A DNA stretch of 64,000 bases from Vicugna vicugna (taxonomy: Eukaryota), in NCBI GenBank assembly GCA_013265495.1, contig MU058423.1:1191061-1255060 (forward strand). Reading direction: 5' to 3'. Shown here in pieces: positions 49,410 to 61,724 of this stretch. The notes beneath the pieces are model-generated. The model was given only the letters and a program-made list of their open reading frames with translations. It was not told where the DNA came from and did no database searches. The first letter of the stretch is position 1. Each line of letters opens with the position of its first letter. The position numbers were made by a program, and so were the translations under genes.

Positions 49410-49900
49410 ACGGGACAATGTTGCCACAGCATGAGTCACAAATCAGTAAGCTGCAAAACAAACCAACCCCAAAACTTAGCGGTTTACAAAACAGCTATTT
49501 CTTTAGCTCATAATTCTAAAGCTTGGCAAGTTGGGCTGTATTCAACTAGGTGGTTCTCATGGTCTGGACTGGTTTTAGCTGAGCACAGCTGGAATGGCTC
49601 ATGCATCTACAGTTAGCTGGTGGGTTGGGTTGAGGGTGGGCTGGTTTATCATGGCCTCACCTGGGTTGACTGAAGTCTTTTTCCGTGAGCCCCTCTCACT
49701 CTCCAACTGGCTAGTTTACAAGGTTGTGGTCACACTGCTACTAGAAAGCATAAGAGAAAGCACCTATAGGCAACTAATTTTAAGTCTCTTCTTGAATTGT
49801 ATTTACTATTGTTCCATTGGCCAAAGAAAGTCAAATGACCAAGCCCAGAGTTAGTGTGGTAGGGAATTATCCAAGCAGATAGAGGGACGCATAAACAAAT
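49410..49900. mobile_element. MaLR (MLT1-like) LTR
   Basis: 'aaccaaccccaaaacttagcggtttacaaaacagctatttctttagctcataattct...ttccattggccaaagaaagtcaaatgaccaagcccagag'. Confidence 0.65.
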
Positions 49901-49909
49901 TGGAGGGAT

Positions 49910-52780
49910 GTAATGTACAGCATTGAGAATATAGTCAACAATATTGTAATATTGTGTGGTGATAGCAGGTAGTTAATCTCACTGTGTGATCATTTTGTAA
50001 TGTATATACGTATCAGACTGGTATGTTGGATACCTGGATCTAATGTAATATTGTATTTTAAGTATACTTCAATTAAAAGCATAAACGAAAACATAACCTT
50101 ATTGAAGGGATTAGGGAGGAAAAGAACTATCCTTATTAACTTCGGAAAGTAGGATTGTGTGTATTTACTAGAAGATGAAAGGGACTATGCACAAACACTG
50201 TACTCTAGCTACCAAATTTGTTTTTTACAGGTGTGTACATTAGCAATTCTGAAACTATTTATGTGTTTTCCAGAATTAAACAAGTAAATATTCTGTGGGT
50301 AATGAAAGCCAGGTTTCTCACTGTCAGAGAAGTAAGTTACAAACAGGGAAATGGGAAAGGCTACAATGGACCCTGTGGTGTTGGAATCAGAGGTATCAGT
50401 ATGAAATCACAGTTTAAAAAATATATAGATAGGTTGATACATAAATTAATATTCAAATACATGCATACATAAATATGTTCCCTCACTTTGACCACTGAGA
50501 ACATTTAGAAATGGTGACATCAAAGAAGTAATAAGTACATCCAGTGCCCAGACCTCTGGCCACCACCTGTTTATTCTCTGTGTCAGTGATTCTGTATTTG
50601 TTCAGTTGGTTCATTTGTTTTATTTTCTAGATTCCACATATAAGTAAAATTATACGGTATTTGTTTTTTTCTGTCTGACTTATTTCACTATGCATAATAC
50701 TCTCTAGGTCCATTTATGTTGTCACAAGTAGAAACATTTTATTCTTTTTTATTATGGCTAAGCAATATTCAAATACATATATATATATGTGTGTGTGTAT
50801 GTATACACATGCATACACACACACATATATACCACATCTTTTTTGTTCATCTATTGATGGGCACTTAGGTTGCTTCCATATCTTGGTTTTTAGAAATAAT
50901 GTAAAGAACATAGAGATACATAAATCTTTTCAAATTATTGATTTTGTTTTATTTGGAAAACTGGAGTTGAATTTTGTCACAAGATTTTTCTGCATCTATT
51001 GAGATGATCATATGATTTTTTGTTCTTCAGGTTATTAATGTGGTGCATCATATCAACTGATTTGCAGATATTGAAACATGCCTGCATCCAGATAAATCTT
51101 ACTTGATCATAGTGTATGATCCTTTTAGTGTATTGTTGAATTTGGTTTGGTAATATTTTGTTGAGGATTTTTGCATCTATGTTCTTCAGTGATATTGGCC
51201 TGTAATTTTATATATAAATACAGTATAAAAATTTTTATATGTATCTATAGTCTCTATTTCATTTATTTCTGCTCTTATCTTTATTATTTATTTTCTTTTA
51301 CTAACTTTGGGTTTTGTTTATTCTTCTTTCTCTAATTCTTTTAGGTGTAAAGATAGATTGTTTATTTGAGATTTCTTTTGTGTTTGGACATAGGCTTGTA
51401 TTGCTCTAAATTTCCCTTTTAGAAATGTCTTTGCTGTATCCCATAGATACTGCAGCATTGTGTTCCTGTTTTCATTTGTCTCCATTTGGTTTTTTATTTC
51501 TTCTTTGATTTCTTCAGTGACTCCTTGGTTATTTAGTATATAGTTAACCTCCATGTGTTTGTGTTTTTTCCAGGTTTTTTTTGTACTTGATTTCTTAATC
51601 ACACCCTTGCAGTTGGAAAAGATGCTTGATGTGATTTCAATCATCTTAAATTAATGCGACTTGTTTTGTGGCCTAGCATGTGTTCTATCCTAGAGAACGT
51701 TCCCTGTGTATCTGATAAGAATGTATATTCTGCTTCTTTTGGATGGACTGTCTATCTATTGACATATCTATCTGGCCTCTCTCTCCATATATATATATAT
51801 ATAAATTTCATTTGATCTGTTGTGTTGATTAAGGCCAGTGTTCCTTATTGATTGACTATCAAATGGTCTGTACATTGATGTAGTGGGGTGTTAAAGTCCC
51901 TTAATATGATTGTGTTACTGTCAATTTCTCCCTTTAGGCCTGTTAATATTTGCTTTATGTATTTAGGTTCTCCTATGTTGGGTGCATATACATTTGCAAG
52001 GGTTATGTCTTCTTGTTGGATTGATCCCTTTATATTATGTAATGTCCTCCTTTGTCTGTTGCTACAGTCTTTGTTTTAAAATCTATTTTGTCTGATATAA
52101 GAATTGCTACTCCAACTTTCTTTTTGTTTCTATTTTCATGGAATACCTTTTCCTTTACTTTCAGTTTGTGTTTCTTTATCTCTTTCTGAAGTGAGTCTCT
52201 TGTAAGCATTGTATTATGTGTCATTTTTTAAATCCATTCAGCCACTTTATGTCTTTGATTAGAGCAGTTAGTCCATTTACATTTAAAGTAATTATTGACA
52301 GATATGTATTTATTGCCATCTTGTTAATTTTTTTCTGGTTGTTTTTGTCCTGCCCCCATACTTTGATATTCCTACTCTGCCTAATTTTATTTTTCAATCC
52401 ATAGCAAGCATCACTTTGTGAAATATTATTTACTTGCTGTAAGGTGCCAAAATTCATGCTCTCAACTATTTTTCTCTGCCTCCTCTCACTGCCCACGCTA
52501 TGTCATGGGGATTTCATAAAACAAGAAGGATAGAATTAGGTGAACAGAATCCAAATTTAAAGTAAGGTGATAGATTTGCAAATCTTAGCCACTATATATA
52601 AAAATAGATAAAAACCAAATTTATCCTATATAGCACAGGGGACTATATTCAGTAACTTGTAATAACATTTAATGAAAAGGGTAGGAAAATGAATATATGT
52701 ATGTGCGTACATGACTGGGACATTGTGCTGTACACCAGAAACTGACACATTGTAACTGACTATACATAAAAAAAATAAAA
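49910..52780. mobile_element. Cluster of L1 fragments; main piece antisense 50560-52345 covering the ORF2 N-terminus (endonuclease), RT pieces and 3' UTR; sense 3' ends at ~49910-50080 and ~52560-52780
   Basis: Minus-strand peptides MAINTYLSIITLNVNGL, KKVGVAILISDKIDFK, EEIKEEIK..ETNEN..LWDTAK and [13 protein letters not shown] are L1 ORF2 signatures. Confidence 0.85.
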
Positions 52781-52879
52781 TGAGATGCTAATCATTGTCA
52801 GGCTGAGAAGTCACAGGGCCCATGAAGATGTTCATTTTCTGTTTTACCCCACTGCACTCGCTTTGGGGTGGTCAGTAGA

Positions 52880-54700
52880 GCTGGAACTCTCCCCACCGAC
52901 CCCCACACACATCTCCACTTGTTTTCATTTGGTTTAATTCTGCAGACAATCTTCTTCACCTGATCAAGTCAATTGCTGTGGAAATCCCCAAAATCATATT
53001 TTCCCAGGGGAAAGAATTCTTATCTCAGATAATAACTCCATGTCAATCTCCAGAAAGACTGGTGGCCTCATAAGTGTCATGTATTAATTCTGATATCAAT
53101 AATTATTTCAAGAGAATGAGACTCCATAATTTTTCTGGGCCTGAATAATGTACCCATCAATGAAGCTGGAAGTGGGAGAGGGAGCAATAACACAATTTGG
53201 AGAGAACAGGGTGAATTCCTAAGGAAGGAGTCTGGGACTGATGAAATCCAATGTATCTGATGGTATTATTGTGGATGCTTGTTGAAATAGAATATAGAAA
53301 GCACCCAGTATTTTACCATCATTGACTTAATTAAGATCAGTGGAGATACAGATTTTTTTTTGACAATTCTTGAGGATAGAGGCTACCTTAACAGTGAGAA
53401 GGAATAGTTAGAAAGTTAGATCTGAACCTAAATGCCATCTCTAGAATCTTGATGGAGCACGCTGTCCTCCAGAGCCCAGTTCCACCCCATGCCTTTCCCC
53501 GAGTATGGCTCAGTGGATCCTGAGAAGATTATTCCTTGGGGTGCAGCAAGCAGCAATTCAAATCCAGTAAGTTTGGGTCCTGAATTTAGAGCAGGTCTTC
53601 AATGGGACCATTTTATCCATGACTGTAGCTGGGAGTTTATTGGAAATGACTGCTGGTGGAATAGTCATATTCCTAGACTTAATTATCATCATTTGGGGGC
53701 TCCTTTGTGGGAAATAAGGGACTATTTTCTGCTGATTTCCTTTGATGCTCAACCTCAATTTTTTCACTTCATTATAGCTTCCACCTACTCCCAATTTTTT
53801 CCATAACATCTTTGGAAAGGAAACTATGATTGCTAGCAGGGGGAGATTGTGAATTTGGAGAGGAGATTGTACTGATCTCGGCACGTGGGATGATAGAATA
53901 CATTAAAAGAGGTCAGATTACCTAAAGTTACAGCCCAGCCAGACCTCACTTCCCACTGCCCAGTACCAGTAGTTGGTAAAAGCTTTATTAACTTAAGTAT
54001 TGTAACTGTACCATAGCAATTGTAGATGATTATGAATTAACAACTGAAAAGTTATATTGTACACAATCTCCTAGACTTAGTCTTGAAATATCCACTCCAG
54101 GGGGTCTAAGTTTCGTGATCATACAGTCAGTCCATTTTTGACAAAATAAAAGCTTCACCCTTGAATCTTCCTCATATAGCTTGGTTTGCAAGCCCTCAAA
54201 AATGGTATCAGTATATAGACAAATACCTAGTGGTGGGAAATATTTAGGTAGGCAATACACCAAGGCCATCAGTGCCTAAATACAAGCTTTTCCCTACTGA
54301 TTCCTAGATCAAGGAGCTGTAGGACCCAACACCTTCTTCTAATTTCTTGTCTTCTTTGTGCTACCTTTCCAGATGGGTGCCCTGATTCAGACCCAATAAC
54401 CCTGAGATAATAAATTGAAGAATTTGTAGGTGCTCGAGTAATGTTTCATAAGACTTATAATAATATCTGCAGAACACCCCCTACCCTGATTTTTTAAACT
54501 CTTCTTACTTATTGTGACGGGACAACTGGCCATGACAAGGGTCATTTTAGATGCTGATCACTTCCCACAGAGATGCGGCACATCATACAAGTTTACTTAG
54601 GTCTGAAAGAAATGCAGTCATCAAGGAACAAGGTTAGTGCTATGTCTCCCAATGGACCCAGTGCCTTGAAGAGAAGGTGCCTGTGCAATCCTTGCCTAGT
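52880..54700 (-). mobile_element. Possible highly decayed LTR-retroelement internal (pol-like) sequence
   Basis: Fragmentary minus-strand peptides such as ICLYTD..EGL (RNase H-like). No long ORF; assignment tentative. Confidence 0.3.
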
Positions 54701-54967
54701 GGGGATGGAAATACTAAATATGTCATAACTGCTCTCTTCTTCCCTTTCTTAGGTGGACAACTGAGTGATTATTCTGAGTGGAAGACACTGTGCTGTGGAC
54801 AGTAGGTGGCATTTCAGGAATTAGGTTCCTATACAACTTTAAACACTAGTGAGAGGAATAAGACAAGCACTCAAATGATGTATCTGAGAGAACTCAGATA
54901 TCACTCTGTGCTTTATAGACATTGTTTCACTTGTTTGAGGAAATGGAGAGCTTAGGTACTAGTATTG

Positions 54968-55592
54968 TGCTGCAAAGAAGACTTTCTAAATGCAGTAAGA
55001 GAGTCTGTGAGGTGGGAAGCCCCATAAAAAAAGAGCAGCAGGACCCCCAGGCAGGGCCACTACTCTCCTGCCAGCACCATCTGGTTCCCTGGCCCAGCAG
55101 CTCTATCTCACTTTTTGCCTCTGAAATGGCTTACTTCTAGAAAAGTGGAACTTACCGCTAAAATTTTATTGTTTCCCTGAGCTAACCCCTGATTGGTCCA
55201 TTTGTAGTGCTTCATTTGCATGGAGCTCACTCCTGATTGGTTATTTCTCTCACTCCTGATTGGTCCATTTCCCTCACTCCTGATTGGTCCACTTCTCTCC
55301 CTCCTGATTGGTCCATTTCTACAAAGCTTGTTCCTAATTAGTCAACTTTTTTATAACTTATTTGCATATAACCTTGCAAAGTGTGAACTGGCAGCCTATA
55401 AAAGCCTGTGTAAACCTACAGACGGGGTCCAGAGCTTGGAGTGTTAGCTCCTCTAGGCCTGCTGGCATAATAAACCTGAGTTCTCCAACTCTCCGAGTGC
55501 TGCTTATTCTCTTGCCTGGATCCAGGTGGCTGTCACAACTGAGCTGTAACACAGAGCTGTAACACTGAGTTGTAACACACTTTCCTGCAACA
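54968..55592 (+). mobile_element. Solo ERV LTR with tandem CCAAT array, TATA and polyA signal
   Basis: TGCTGCA...TGCAACA termini (boundaries approximate, no clear TSD), five CTGATTGGT units, TATAAAA 55397-55403, AATAAA 55469-55474, three (C/T)TGTAACAC repeats in U5. Confidence 0.75.
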
Positions 55593-56012
55593 CCTGGAGT
55601 GTTTGGGGTTGACAAGAAGCCAGGGGCACAGATGTACAGTGGGAGAATTCTTAGGAACCCCTGGCAAGGAGATGGTTTGGTTGATCTGACATGAGTGGGA
55701 ACGGGGCAAGTTGCAAGCTCACAGGGGCATGACTGATGAGAAAACACAAGTTGTCTCCGCCTAGTAAAGCAAGCCATGGATGCTATGAGATTTGATCACT
55801 TTCTAACTTGAATTTTGAAGAGTCCCATAAGAGGTTCCTTTCAATGTTTCAAAAACCCTTCTTTGTGAATTTGGGATATTCCACCAGGTGGCAGCAGCAT
55901 ACAGAGTTCCGTTTCTTACTGTATCAGGAAGAAAACTAGGAGAGTGTGAAAAGAGTAATTAGAATGTCTTTCTCTAAAAATTTAATCAAATATAAACCTC
56001 TTTGTCACTATT

Positions 56013-56320
56013 TTTTTTAAGTGTTAAGGTGTACAGCATGCTGGTCTGATTTCCTTTTTTTTTTTTACATTTTTTATTGATTCATAATCATTTTACAGTG
56101 TTGTGTCAAATTCCAGTGTTCAGCATGTTCAGCACAATTTTTCAGTCATTCATGGACATATACACACTCATTGTCACATTTTTTTTCTCTGTGATTTATC
56201 ATAACATTTTGTGTATATTTCCCTGTGCTATACAGTGTAATCTTGTTTATCTATTCTACAATTTTGAAATCCCAGTCTATCCCTTCCCACCCTCTACCCC
56301 CCACCGTAACCACAAGTCTG
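56013..56320 (-). mobile_element. Short young L1 3' fragment flanked by a 79-bp direct repeat
   Basis: 3' UTR nearly identical to the young L1 at ~29795-30040. Flanks 55934-56012 and 56321-56399 differ at 2 positions. Confidence 0.88.
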
Positions 56321-57280
56321 AACTAGGAGAGTGTGAAAAGAGTAATTAGAATATCTTTCTATAAAAATTTAATCAAATATAAACCTCTTTGTCACTATTG
56401 TTAAAGTTGATATTTTCATGCACATTCAAGCAAAGAGAGCTTGCATACGGAAGGCCTAGAAGAGGAAGCCATGTGTTAGACAGGGGTTTAGACTTGGAAA
56501 CTCCAGCTCTGCCTTTTGTTACCTATGTGATCATGGAGGAGGTCAATTAGCCCCACAAGGTTGTTATAATGATCAAAGGAAATATGTGCCTGGTACCAAG
56601 TCAGTGTTCAGTAAGTGGGAGTTATTGCTATAAGCATATCCTCTATAGCTCTAAAGTTTCCCTTTAAGACTTTATTTCTATAAAGAAACATCATCATAAA
56701 GTGAAATGAAACTTCTTTGGGTTTGTGCATAGCTCAGTGGCTTCAGGGTAGATTCATGACAGAGCTCCTGCAACTTCCCTCATGCCAGATACAACTTTAC
56801 TAGGGAATCATTTGGTAACTGGTCTCTTTCACTAAATGCTTCTAAAAGGCTGCAATCTAAAAAACTATGTATAAATGGTATAGAGAAGTATTAAGTATAA
56901 GTGATTAGAAAAATTATTTAATGGCTCCTTTTCACATACAGAATAAAGATTGTAAATCTGAAAAAAGCACACACTGTTTTGAGCCTAAGAGCAAATTGTT
57001 CTATTGTTCTGGTAGAAGTTGCCAACAGCCATTTCCCAGTAGACACTGGTACCAGGATCCTTTGTCCTCAGTGCATTTTACATTAGTGATAACATCCTAA
57101 TCTTTAGATTCCATCAGCAAAGACATTAACTGCTTTTTAAATTGGCTAAGAGTGGACATTAAAGTCCTTGATACATGCCAGAGTGAAAAACAATCAGGGT
57201 ACATGGATGTGTAGGGGCACAAACTGGTACAAAGAAAGGAAAACCCGTATGCCTAGAGATGAACGGTGCAGGGAGATCAG

Positions 57281-57287
57281 TATAAAA
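57281..57287 (+). promoter_or_regulatory. TATA box of the pepsinogen B-like pseudogene
   Basis: TATAAAA about 95 nt upstream of a Kozak-context ATG (GCACCATG, ATG at 57376). Confidence 0.65.
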
Positions 57288-57588
57288 GAGAGAGACCCGG
57301 CCTCCTTCTGTGTGTTCCATCCTTTGAGTCTGCCGCTGTGTCCTGTGTGTTTGTGCACAGTGGGAAATCAGCACCATGAAGAGCTTGGTCTTGGTTTGTC
57401 TATACCTCTCAGAGGGCTTGGAAAGGTATGCATTGGGATTTAGTTTCATTGTGAATTTCAGCTCTAACGAGCATGATGAGCTGTGGAGGAGCAAAGGATT
57501 CCTTCTGAAGGCTTCTTGGAAAGGTAGTCAGATTATTTCTTGAAATCAAGAACTGAACACCTGCTGGGGGCCATGATTTAAATGGATA

Positions 57589-57593
57589 GTGTG

Positions 57594-57626
<33 letters not shown>
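57589..57626. repeat. (TG)n microsatellite in pepsinogen pseudogene intron 1
   Basis: Directly visible. Confidence 0.9.
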
Positions 57627-60226
57627 AAGAGTAGGATATATACACAAAACCCAGTATATAAATACAAAACCCAAACATATGGTGTAGTATATTTCCATGC
57701 TGGAAATCTTTGAGTGACTGCAGTAGTCAGAACTTGCTAAAGTCTGGGAGCATTTCCTTAAAGAGATTCTTGAGTAGAGTACTGAAAAGGTTTAAAGACT
57801 CCAGGTCAGATCATTGAAGGGATTGCTGGAATGGGACATGTGAAGCTCATTCCTTTTCTTACCCTATTCTCTGCAGAATCACCCTGAGGAAAGGCAAGTT
57901 TATTTGCAATGGAGGAGCAGGGTGTACTGGAGAAATTCCTAAAGAACGGCCCAAAGGTTGATCCAGCTGCCAAGTATCATTTCAGTAATGATGCTGTTGC
58001 TTATGAGTCCTTCACCAGCTGCCTGGATGTGAGTGAAGAGGGAGGTGGTGTCCATGACCCTTGGCTAACAACCATTCTTATATACTCACTTATGCATCTA
58101 ATTAGCTCTGATTTTGGACTAGTTACAGAATCAAAGTCTCACCTTGTTATGGAAAGTATCTGAAATGTGTATGAGTTGGTGCCATCTAATAGTATAGTGA
58201 TTCCTTTCCTTTCTCCTTTCCTCTCATCATTGGCTCATCCCTCCAAAGCCCTGTCTATACAGTTAACAGATTCATAGTGGGGATGTTCAAGTCAATCAAG
58301 AGATCCAAAGGAAGTCCTAGTAGAGAGCTGCAGGGGAAAGAGGGAAAACACATGCAAGTCCACCAGGCAAAATCTCCAGTGGCTCCAGTCACAGTATCTC
58401 TCCCTTTTTTGGAAAAATGCATAGGTACCCAGTGCAAATATTTGAATGTTCTTGAGGCTACAATATCTACACAGGGCTTCTTAACATACAGAGCTGGAAG
58501 CCACTTAAGGGATTTCTTGTTTCAATTCCCAAATTTTATAGATTGAGGAACTAGAGGCAGGTAAGTGACATGTTTGACCCAAATTCAGTATCTCTCAGTG
58601 AAGTTCTCTTCTTGCTTTCCATGCTGCCTCTCACTCTAGACTTCTGAGCTCCCTTTGCTAGTATGTGATCACAAAGGAGGAGGATGACGGTAGACATATC
58701 TAACACTGGACGAGAAGGGGAGACGAGTGTGCATGAGTGTGTATGTGTCTGTGTGCGTGTATGTATGTGTCTGAGTGAATGTACGTATATGTGTGGGTGA
58801 AATGGGAGTATGGATAGACATTGGGAAAAGAGAAAAAGTGACTCTTCTCCATCCTTGGGTGTTCTGGCATGGCATGGTAAATCCATGGAGGTATCACCTT
58901 ATTGCAAAGTAGAAAACACATTTAGAAGAAGACATTGTCTTGCCAGACTAAGTCTCAAAAGTGGAGTAGTGAGAGCATCTGGCTCCAGATGGAAAGGAGA
59001 ACTTGTGGGAGAAACCTCTTATTCTCCCAAGGAAATAATTTGGGCAAAATATGGCTTCCAGTGGGTCAACTTCTTCCCCATCCTTAGGACAAGGCTTGGC
59101 TGCTTAATGAGGGTCACAAAACTTTCTTTGCAGTCTTTCTTGCAGTCTTTCTACTTTGGGGAGATCAGCATTGGGGAACCACCCCAAAATTTCCTGGTCC
59201 TCTTTGACATGGGCTCCTCCAACCTGTGGGTACCCTCCACCTACTGCCAGACTGCTGTAAGTGTACCATCACCATCATCACCCCCTGGATGGGAGCAGAG
59301 GGAGGGCAGAGTCAGGATGAGCACAGGCTTACAGTGCCAAGTCCAGAGTTCTCGGTGCAGAAACATGAGCTCATTCTCCCTAAGTTAGGAGCATCTGTAA
59401 ATATTGCTCTTGGTCTACGTTTCAGAAGTGCTGATAGTTCTGGGGAGACGCAGCAGAAACAGATCGAGGCTTCCATTCCTTTCTGTACTGTTCCTTTCAC
59501 TCAGCTTTCTCCTGTGAGCTGGAATTCCTGGCACTTTTGAGAAGAGTCATCCCTCAGGGATGGAGGGTTGGATAGAATTTTGGTATCCAGGTGGACAGAT
59601 TTTCTGAGGCTAACATAGTCTGTCTACATTACAAGGAATTTAAATTAAAGTCCTGTCCCAGCCTTGGTCTGATGATCTCAGGCCACTGAGGGTAAGTAGT
59701 CTCCAAGTATTTTAGAAAGTAATGAATGAAATTGGTATTTAATTTTGTCTTTCTACAGCCAGTCACAATATGTTCAACCTCAGCCAGTCTTTAACCTTCA
59801 GAAACAACCGGCAAGAATATACACTGTCCCATGGGAGCGGCAGCCTGAGTGTGGTCCTGGGATATGACACTGACTGTGAGTGACGTTCTCATAGCATCTG
59901 AGGGTTTTAGTTTGCCTTCTGTTTTCTAAAGCCTTAAGCTGTCAGAAAAATCCATGATTACTAACTTGGTTCAACCTTTGCAGAGGCTAAGAATTGGAAA
60001 GGATATCAATGGCTGTTTAACTCAAACTTTCTCCTGAGATAGAAGTTGCTTCCATAGCAGTACTGACTTCAGAAAGCTCTTTAGGTAATGCTACGGATTC
60101 TGTGTCTTCTGATTTTGCTCCCTGAATATCAACTCTGCCTCTTGGAACCATGTAGGGTAAATCTGCTCCCTCCTCCATACAATTTCACTTTGGATCTTTG
60201 ATGACCTGACCTTTCACTAATCTTTT

Positions 60227-61346
60227 TTCAACATTTTTTTATTGAGTTATAGTCATTTTACAATGTTGTGTCAAATTCCAGTGTAGAGCACGATTTTTCA
60301 GTTATACACGAACATACATATTCATTGTCACATTTTTTTCACTGTGAGCTACCATAAGACCTTGTGTATATTTCCCTGTGCTATAGAGTATAATCTTGTT
60401 TAATCTATTCTACATTTTGAAATCCTAGTCTGTCCCTTCCCACCCCCAACTTAGCAACCACAAGTTTGTATTCTATATCCATGAGTCTGTTTCTATTTTG
60501 TATTTATGTGTTTTTTTTTAATTCTGCTTATGAGCAATCTCATATAGCACTTTTCTTTCTCTGTCCGACTTACTTCACTTAGAATGACATTCTCCAGGAG
60601 CATCCATGCTGCTGCAAATGGCATTATGTTGTCAGTTTTTATGGCTGAATAGTATTCCATTGAATATACCACTTCTTCTTTATCCAGTCACCTGTTGATG
60701 GACATTTAGGCTGTTTCCATGTCTTGGCTATTGTAAATAGTGCTGCTATGAACATTGGGGTGCAGGTGTCTTTTTGAAGTAGGGTTCCTTCTGGATATAT
60801 GCCCAGGAGCGGGATGACTGGTCATATGATAAGTCTATTCATAGTCTTTTGAGAAATCTCCATACTGTTTTCCACAGTGGCTGCACCAAACTGCATGCCC
60901 ACCAGCAGTGTAGGAGGGTTCCCTTTTCTCCACAGCCTCTCCAGCATTTGTCATTTGTGGACTTTTGAATGATCGCCATTCTGACTGGTGGGAGGTGATA
61001 CCTCATTGTAGTTTTGATTTGCATTTCTCTGATAATTAGTGATATTGAGCATTTTTTCATATGCCTATTGATCATTTGTATGTCTTCATTGGAGAATTGC
61101 TTGTTTAGGTCTTCTGCCCATTTTTGGATTGAGTTGTTTGTTTTTTTCTTATTAAGTCGTATGAGCTGCTTAAATATTCTGGAGATAAAGCCTTTGTTGG
61201 TTTCATTTGCAAAAATTTTCTCCCATTCCGTAGGTTGTCGTTTTGTTTTACTTATGGTTTCCTTTTCTGTGCAGAAGCTTGTAAGTTTAATTAGGTCCCA
61301 TTTGTTTATTCTTGCTTTTATTTCTATTGCTTGGGTAGACTGCCCT
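60227..61346 (-). mobile_element. 5'-truncated young L1 (~1.1 kb) in pepsinogen pseudogene intron 4
   Basis: Antisense 3' UTR similar to the other young copies, plus ORF2 C-terminus ([40 protein letters not shown]). Imperfect TSD ACTAATCTTTT / ACTAATTTCTT. Confidence 0.88.
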
Positions 61347-61724
61347 ACTAATTTCTTATTTCTTTACCTCCAACTCCCACAGTTCTCTGTCGATCTTACA
61401 CATGGATTGTTTAATGTAACACCAGTCACTGTTCTTTCCCTCCATAGAAGTGGAAACTGCAACTGCAGAAAAGAACTGCTTCTGCTTCCCCAGCACTGGT
61501 CTCTTTTTTCTAAGGTACCCATGGCTGGGTGATGCTGTTGCCCTTTCTTCTTCTACCTTCGCTCCATGATTAAGCTCAGCATGAAAGAAGCCAACTTCCT
61601 CTCCTGGGAGAGGTACTAGATTCCAGGCTCCGGGCACCTAAGTCTGGGAAAGATTTGTCCACCTCAATTGTTAAGCTCTTCTGTCTTCTTATCTCAGGTT
61701 CAGTACATCAGATCCCAAAGCGCA

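Larger units (their letters stand above)
57376..61722 (+). pseudogene. PGB: Pepsinogen B / progastricsin-like aspartic protease pseudogene (exons 1-4 and probable exon-5 stub)
   Basis: Exon 1 57376-57425 (MKSLVLVCLYLSEGLER signal peptide). Exon 2 57877-58028 (ITLRKGK..MEEQGVLEKFLKNGPKVDPAAKYHFSNDAVAYE; frameshift near 57908 gives TGA at 57959-57961). Exon 3 59146-59256 ([35 protein letters not shown]). Exon 4 59759-59875 (HNMFNLSQS..YTLSHGSGSLSVVLGYDT). A possible exon-5 start (VQYI) at 61698 follows a good acceptor. Position next to OVGP1 matches human PGCP1 and the dog/pig PGB locus as I recall them. Confidence 0.88.

Noticed and set aside
55225..55320. 24-bp periodic repeats as a CRISPR-like array
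   Set aside because: Mammalian context, no unique spacers, no cas genes; these are LTR U3 CCAAT repeats.
56718..56750. tRNA or tRNA-SINE A-box-like 'catagctcagtgg'
   Set aside because: No B-box, cloverleaf or A-tail follows.
58810..59388. 192-aa ORF as an independent protease gene
   Set aside because: Only 59146-59256 is pepsinogen-like (exon 3); the rest is in-frame intron.
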